Positions 61,401 through 64,000 of a DNA stretch of 64,000 nt are shown here, piece by piece. Every line of letters starts with the position of its first letter. Within the stretch, counting starts at the first letter, position 1. The notes beneath the pieces were generated by a model, which ran no database searches, was not told where the DNA came from, and worked only from the letters and a program-made list of their open reading frames with translations. The position numbers and the translations under genes are program-made. This DNA comes from Sedimentisphaerales bacterium (lineage in GTDB: Bacteria > Planctomycetota > Phycisphaerae > Sedimentisphaerales > Anaerobacaceae), in the NCBI GenBank assembly GCA_963708075.1, contig OY970194.1, positions 7,232,001-7,296,000 of the forward strand, read 5' to 3'.

Positions 61401-63114
61401 GCTCTTCCCGTCGCCGGTGGTGCTGGGCCATCTATCGCCCGACGGTTCCCGAATCGCCCTGGAGCTCCGAGACTGGTACGGCGGGCTCTGGCTGGCGAAG
61501 CTCGATCCGGCGGATTCGGTCCACCAGGCGGTTCGTTCCGCACGGACGGAAGAGCAGTACCTGCGGCAAAGCTGTCGTGACTTCGCCGGGGCGATTCGGC
61601 GAGGGACGTACCGCACCGACGCGGGCGCACACCTTTACGGCTTCATCACGCTCGTCAGCGGGTTAAGCGAGGCCTGTTATCGCAAGGGCCAGTGTGAGGA
61701 GGCTCTCGACACGTTCCGCTCGCTGGAGGATCTCTGCGACGCGCTTGGCTGGCAGCCCAGTGGCTCTACTGCGGCGATGGCGGCCATGTCGCTGCATCGG
61801 CTGGGTCGTTCGGACGAGGCGAAAGCGGCCTTGGAACGGCTGCGTCGGCTCCCGGCAGGCGCAGCCGGCACGCCTCGACAGGGCCTGCTCTACGAGGCGG
61901 AGAAAGTCCTGGCCGGCGAGGAAACCGAGCTCGGCAGGCTGTGGCACTGCCTTGAGGAGGCCAGAATAGACGACGCGGCACGCCTGATCCCTGAAATCGG
62001 AACGAGCGAGGAGGCTCGCAGGGTCCGCGCTACAGTGGCCGAGGCATTCTACGAACGGGGCAGAGGACGCAAGCACAGTGGCGGGAACTACAAGGATGCC
62101 ATCACCGATTATGCAAGGGCTGTGGAACTCGACCCGAACCACGCGGCAGCACGATGTGATCTTGCCTGGCTGCAGGCCGCCTGCCCCGTCTCCCAGCTTC
62201 GCGACGAGGATCAGGCCGCGGCGAACGCCACGCGGGCGTGCGAGTTGACCAACTGGACGGATCATCGATATATCGCCGCACTGGCGGCCGTCTCCGCATG
62301 CGTGGGGGACTTCGCGTCCGCCGCGTCGTGGCAGAGGAAGGCCATCGAATTGCTCACGGAGGAGAACAAGTCCTGCTGGCAAGGAGACTATGAGTCGCGG
62401 CTGCGCCTTTACATATCCGGTCAGCCCTACACGCATGGGGATTTATGGAGCTTCTCCACGGGTCGGATGCTTGGCTGGTGGAGATTCGACGAGGAATCCG
62501 GCAGTGCCGCAGCCGATGCCTCCGGCAACGGCAACGATGGCATGGTCACCGGCTCGCCGCAATGGCAATCGTCCGCCGGTCGGGTCGGCAGGGCCCTCCT
62601 GCTTCGGAATGGCTCCGTGCAGATTAGCGCGGAAGCTCCGTTCGATGTCACCGACGCAATAACGATTTCCGTGTGGACCCGCGTCGAAACACTCGACAGA
62701 TGGTGGCAGGCGCTGGTCACGAAGGGCGACAGTTCCTGGCGACTCCACAGATCCGGCGATGCTGACCGCCTGGAGTTCGCCTGCGACGGCCCGCAATCGT
62801 CAGGCGGGGGTGCGGCCAGCGCCAAAGGCAATCGGGTCATTAGCGACGGCCGCTGGCACCACATTGTCGCGACCTATGACGGCAACCGGATTGCTCTGTA
62901 CTTCGACGGGGAGCTGGATGCGTACTGTCCCGCCTCGGGCCGGATGCGAACAAACGACCATCCGGTATGCATCGGCGACAATGCTGAACAGCCCGGACGC
63001 TACTGGGACGGCTGGATCGACGACGTGCGCATCTACAGCTACGCGCTCAATGAAGCTGAGATTGCGGAGCTCTATAAGGCCGGACAGGAATCTGGCACGC
63101 CGTCTGATCGATAG
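58489..63114 (+). CDS. Receptor-type Ser/Thr kinase (Zn ribbon, kinase, TM, TPR, PD40/WD-like propeller, TPR, LamG)
   Basis: CPQC/CPRC, GEGGM, VALK, HRDLKPSN, DFG, GTPEYMSPEQ, TM, WSPDG repeats, C-terminal LamG. Confidence 0.95.
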   Translation: MSQEKQCPQCGGVLPSGTPEGQCPRCILQLVAAPEAGDGDTRAPSAPIEGPGTVIGPYKLLEKIGEGGMAVVYMAEQERPLRRRVALKIIKLGMDTRQVVARFDAERQALAIMDHPNIARVFDAGATEAGRPYFVMELVRGVSITEYCDRNRLSTQERLELFVPVCNAVHHAHQKGIIHRDLKPSNIMVTLHDGVPVPKVIDFGIAKAMNQRLTEQTIFTRYAEMIGTPEYMSPEQAEMSGLDIDTRTDIYSLGVVLYELLTGTLPFDAETLRSAAFTEVQRIIREQEPLRPSTRLSALGPEAQRIAEARHTDITALAKSLQKELEWIPLMAMRKDRTRRYRSAYEFSDDIRNYLDGRPLIAGPESAAYRLRKLLRKHRVPVATTAAIMAILLIGFVTSTWLYIRVQRAQHAMVTLERTVDADRKLSSAQRLQAEGRYKEALDVLEDYLKNGQAEPAARLLRANLLYTLDRFDEAQTELTSLLEGPPQIAGPAHCLLATIHMGSNPAKAQLHQQAGESLLPQTAEAYTLRGITADDSMATAAWLLKAVEMDPAYYPARKARALACEAVGDYATMTTDAEAMIVMRPKDALGYALRAITRREAGQYDAAMEDHNRAISLCDSQAELLELHDQRRRTLTQMREYQAALQDARYCATLRPNDLRNGFELLATLVLAGDYPGAKEQHAQLVRQPRYSFYKLWIYRYTFRLLIAGHSLELPKDIIGDEPFSLMQKATDQYRVCQTLGTCLVPSAFGVPGWSPDGKELAYGRIDLYGLRSGSPTSGAPLVYEPGRLEVLDIETGRVRVLATSGKTCAWSPDGRWIAFDRVPNRGPAGCASELWVVSATGGQPRYLARGDWPNWVGRTGQLFYHSGGCAYSLNVDDPLDKPESILACDPYFAVSPDGKYLAHSEADRLSVVEISSGQVKARWTAPPPDGQHGMALRWTPNGREVLAGGLHQGEMGLWSFDVEREKAWQLFPSPVVLGHLSPDGSRIALELRDWYGGLWLAKLDPADSVHQAVRSARTEEQYLRQSCRDFAGAIRRGTYRTDAGAHLYGFITLVSGLSEACYRKGQCEEALDTFRSLEDLCDALGWQPSGSTAAMAAMSLHRLGRSDEAKAALERLRRLPAGAAGTPRQGLLYEAEKVLAGEETELGRLWHCLEEARIDDAARLIPEIGTSEEARRVRATVAEAFYERGRGRKHSGGNYKDAITDYARAVELDPNHAAARCDLAWLQAACPVSQLRDEDQAAANATRACELTNWTDHRYIAALAAVSACVGDFASAASWQRKAIELLTEENKSCWQGDYESRLRLYISGQPYTHGDLWSFSTGRMLGWWRFDEESGSAAADASGNGNDGMVTGSPQWQSSAGRVGRALLLRNGSVQISAEAPFDVTDAITISVWTRVETLDRWWQALVTKGDSSWRLHRSGDADRLEFACDGPQSSGGGAASAKGNRVISDGRWHHIVATYDGNRIALYFDGELDAYCPASGRMRTNDHPVCIGDNAEQPGRYWDGWIDDVRIYSYALNEAEIAELYKAGQESGTPSDR

Positions 63115-63298
63115 TAGATTGGCTTGTCGATGAGTTGCCGGCTGTTGTCATCTTCAGGAAGAGCCTGTCTCCACGTCAATTCTCTCAGAAATCCCTGTAA
63201 CAGACTCCACAAAATTGCGTGACTACCAGTGAGATGTCGTCGATTCAAGACGCTGCGATGCAGCAAGAAACAGGGATTCATTCACGAGGAGAACGACC

Positions 63299-64000
63299 AT
63301 GTGGAGAATGCGATGGACGGATGTGGCTGCGACGGTTCTGCTGCTGGGCTCGCTCGTGCAGGCGGCACAAGACGTTACGAGCCGGGATGATATTATCGTG
63401 GGCGTCCCCAATGACGGCGATTGGCCGAAGCAGGAGAGCCCGGCACGGGTGATCGACGATCACGCAAATACGAAGTACCTTCATTTCAAGGGAGATCGCG
63501 TCCCGGACGCAGGGCCCACGGGTTTCCGAGTTACGCCGGCGGTCGGGCCGATGGTGGTCAACGGGATGACCTTCACTACGGCCAACGATTGCCCGGCCCG
63601 TGATCCGATCGAGTTCGAGCTGCACGGCTCCAACGAGAGCATCGAAGGGCCATACAAGCTGATTGCCAAAGGCGAGATCGTGGACTTCAAAGAGACTTGG
63701 CCGTGGCCGCGCAGTGCAAAAACTGCAACCGCCATCGTGTTCTCGAACAACACATCCTATCGGCATTACCAAGTGCTGTTTCCAGCCATCCGTGACCCGG
63801 CCGACGCCTGCGCCAACAGCATGCAAATCGCGGAAGTCGAACTTCTGACGATAACTTACAAGGCCACTAGCCCGGAACCGCCGGAAGGCACCGTCATCAC
63901 TAGCCCCGTGCCCCTCCAATGGACGTCGGGCGAGACGGCCGCACTGCACGATGTGTATTTCGGCAAGACGCCGGAACTGACGGAGGCACATCTGATTGCT
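63299..64000 (+). CDS. Secreted discoidin/F5-8-like domain protein (3' truncated; absent from the ORF track)
   Basis: GAGGAG RBS; MWRMRWTDVAATVLLLGSLVQA signal; TKYLHF, FTTAND...RDP..FEL.GSN, MQIAEVEL, LQWTSG...HDVYFG; open to the window end. Confidence 0.82.
   Translation, partial: MWRMRWTDVAATVLLLGSLVQAAQDVTSRDDIIVGVPNDGDWPKQESPARVIDDHANTKYLHFKGDRVPDAGPTGFRVTPAVGPMVVNGMTFTTANDCPARDPIEFELHGSNESIEGPYKLIAKGEIVDFKETWPWPRSAKTATAIVFSNNTSYRHYQVLFPAIRDPADACANSMQIAEVELLTITYKATSPEPPEGTVITSPVPLQWTSGETAALHDVYFGKTPELTEAHLIA

Overview
GC-rich bacterial DNA. Its gene families (PA14/LamG secreted proteins with repeated 'YYWRVDE' modules, DUF1559-like prepilin, FecR- and kinase-linked ECF sigma factors, many Tat-signal enzymes) suggest Planctomycetota, probably Phycisphaerae/Sedimentisphaerales; this is an inference. 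In order the window holds: a Rieske/cytochrome b-c cluster with an atypical Qo motif; peptidases and Tat-exported oxidoreductases; an intact ISAs1-family IS; a small secreted pentapeptide-repeat protein; two PA14 glycan-binding genes whose long leaders share an unrecognised sequence/structure motif; an ECF/zinc anti-sigma pair followed by membrane GrpE, lidless Hsp70 and TerB-J(HPD-less), divergent from a minimal GspE/GspF/GspF/pilin operon; tRNA-Lys(CTT); a duplicated DUF72 gene; an ECF-FecR-LamG-prepilin-FAD oxidoreductase-GH78 module; and an ECF plus Ser/Thr receptor kinase module. Seven single-base frameshifts in otherwise intact genes most likely reflect long-read errors. All calls come from motif recognition by eye; no database search was run.
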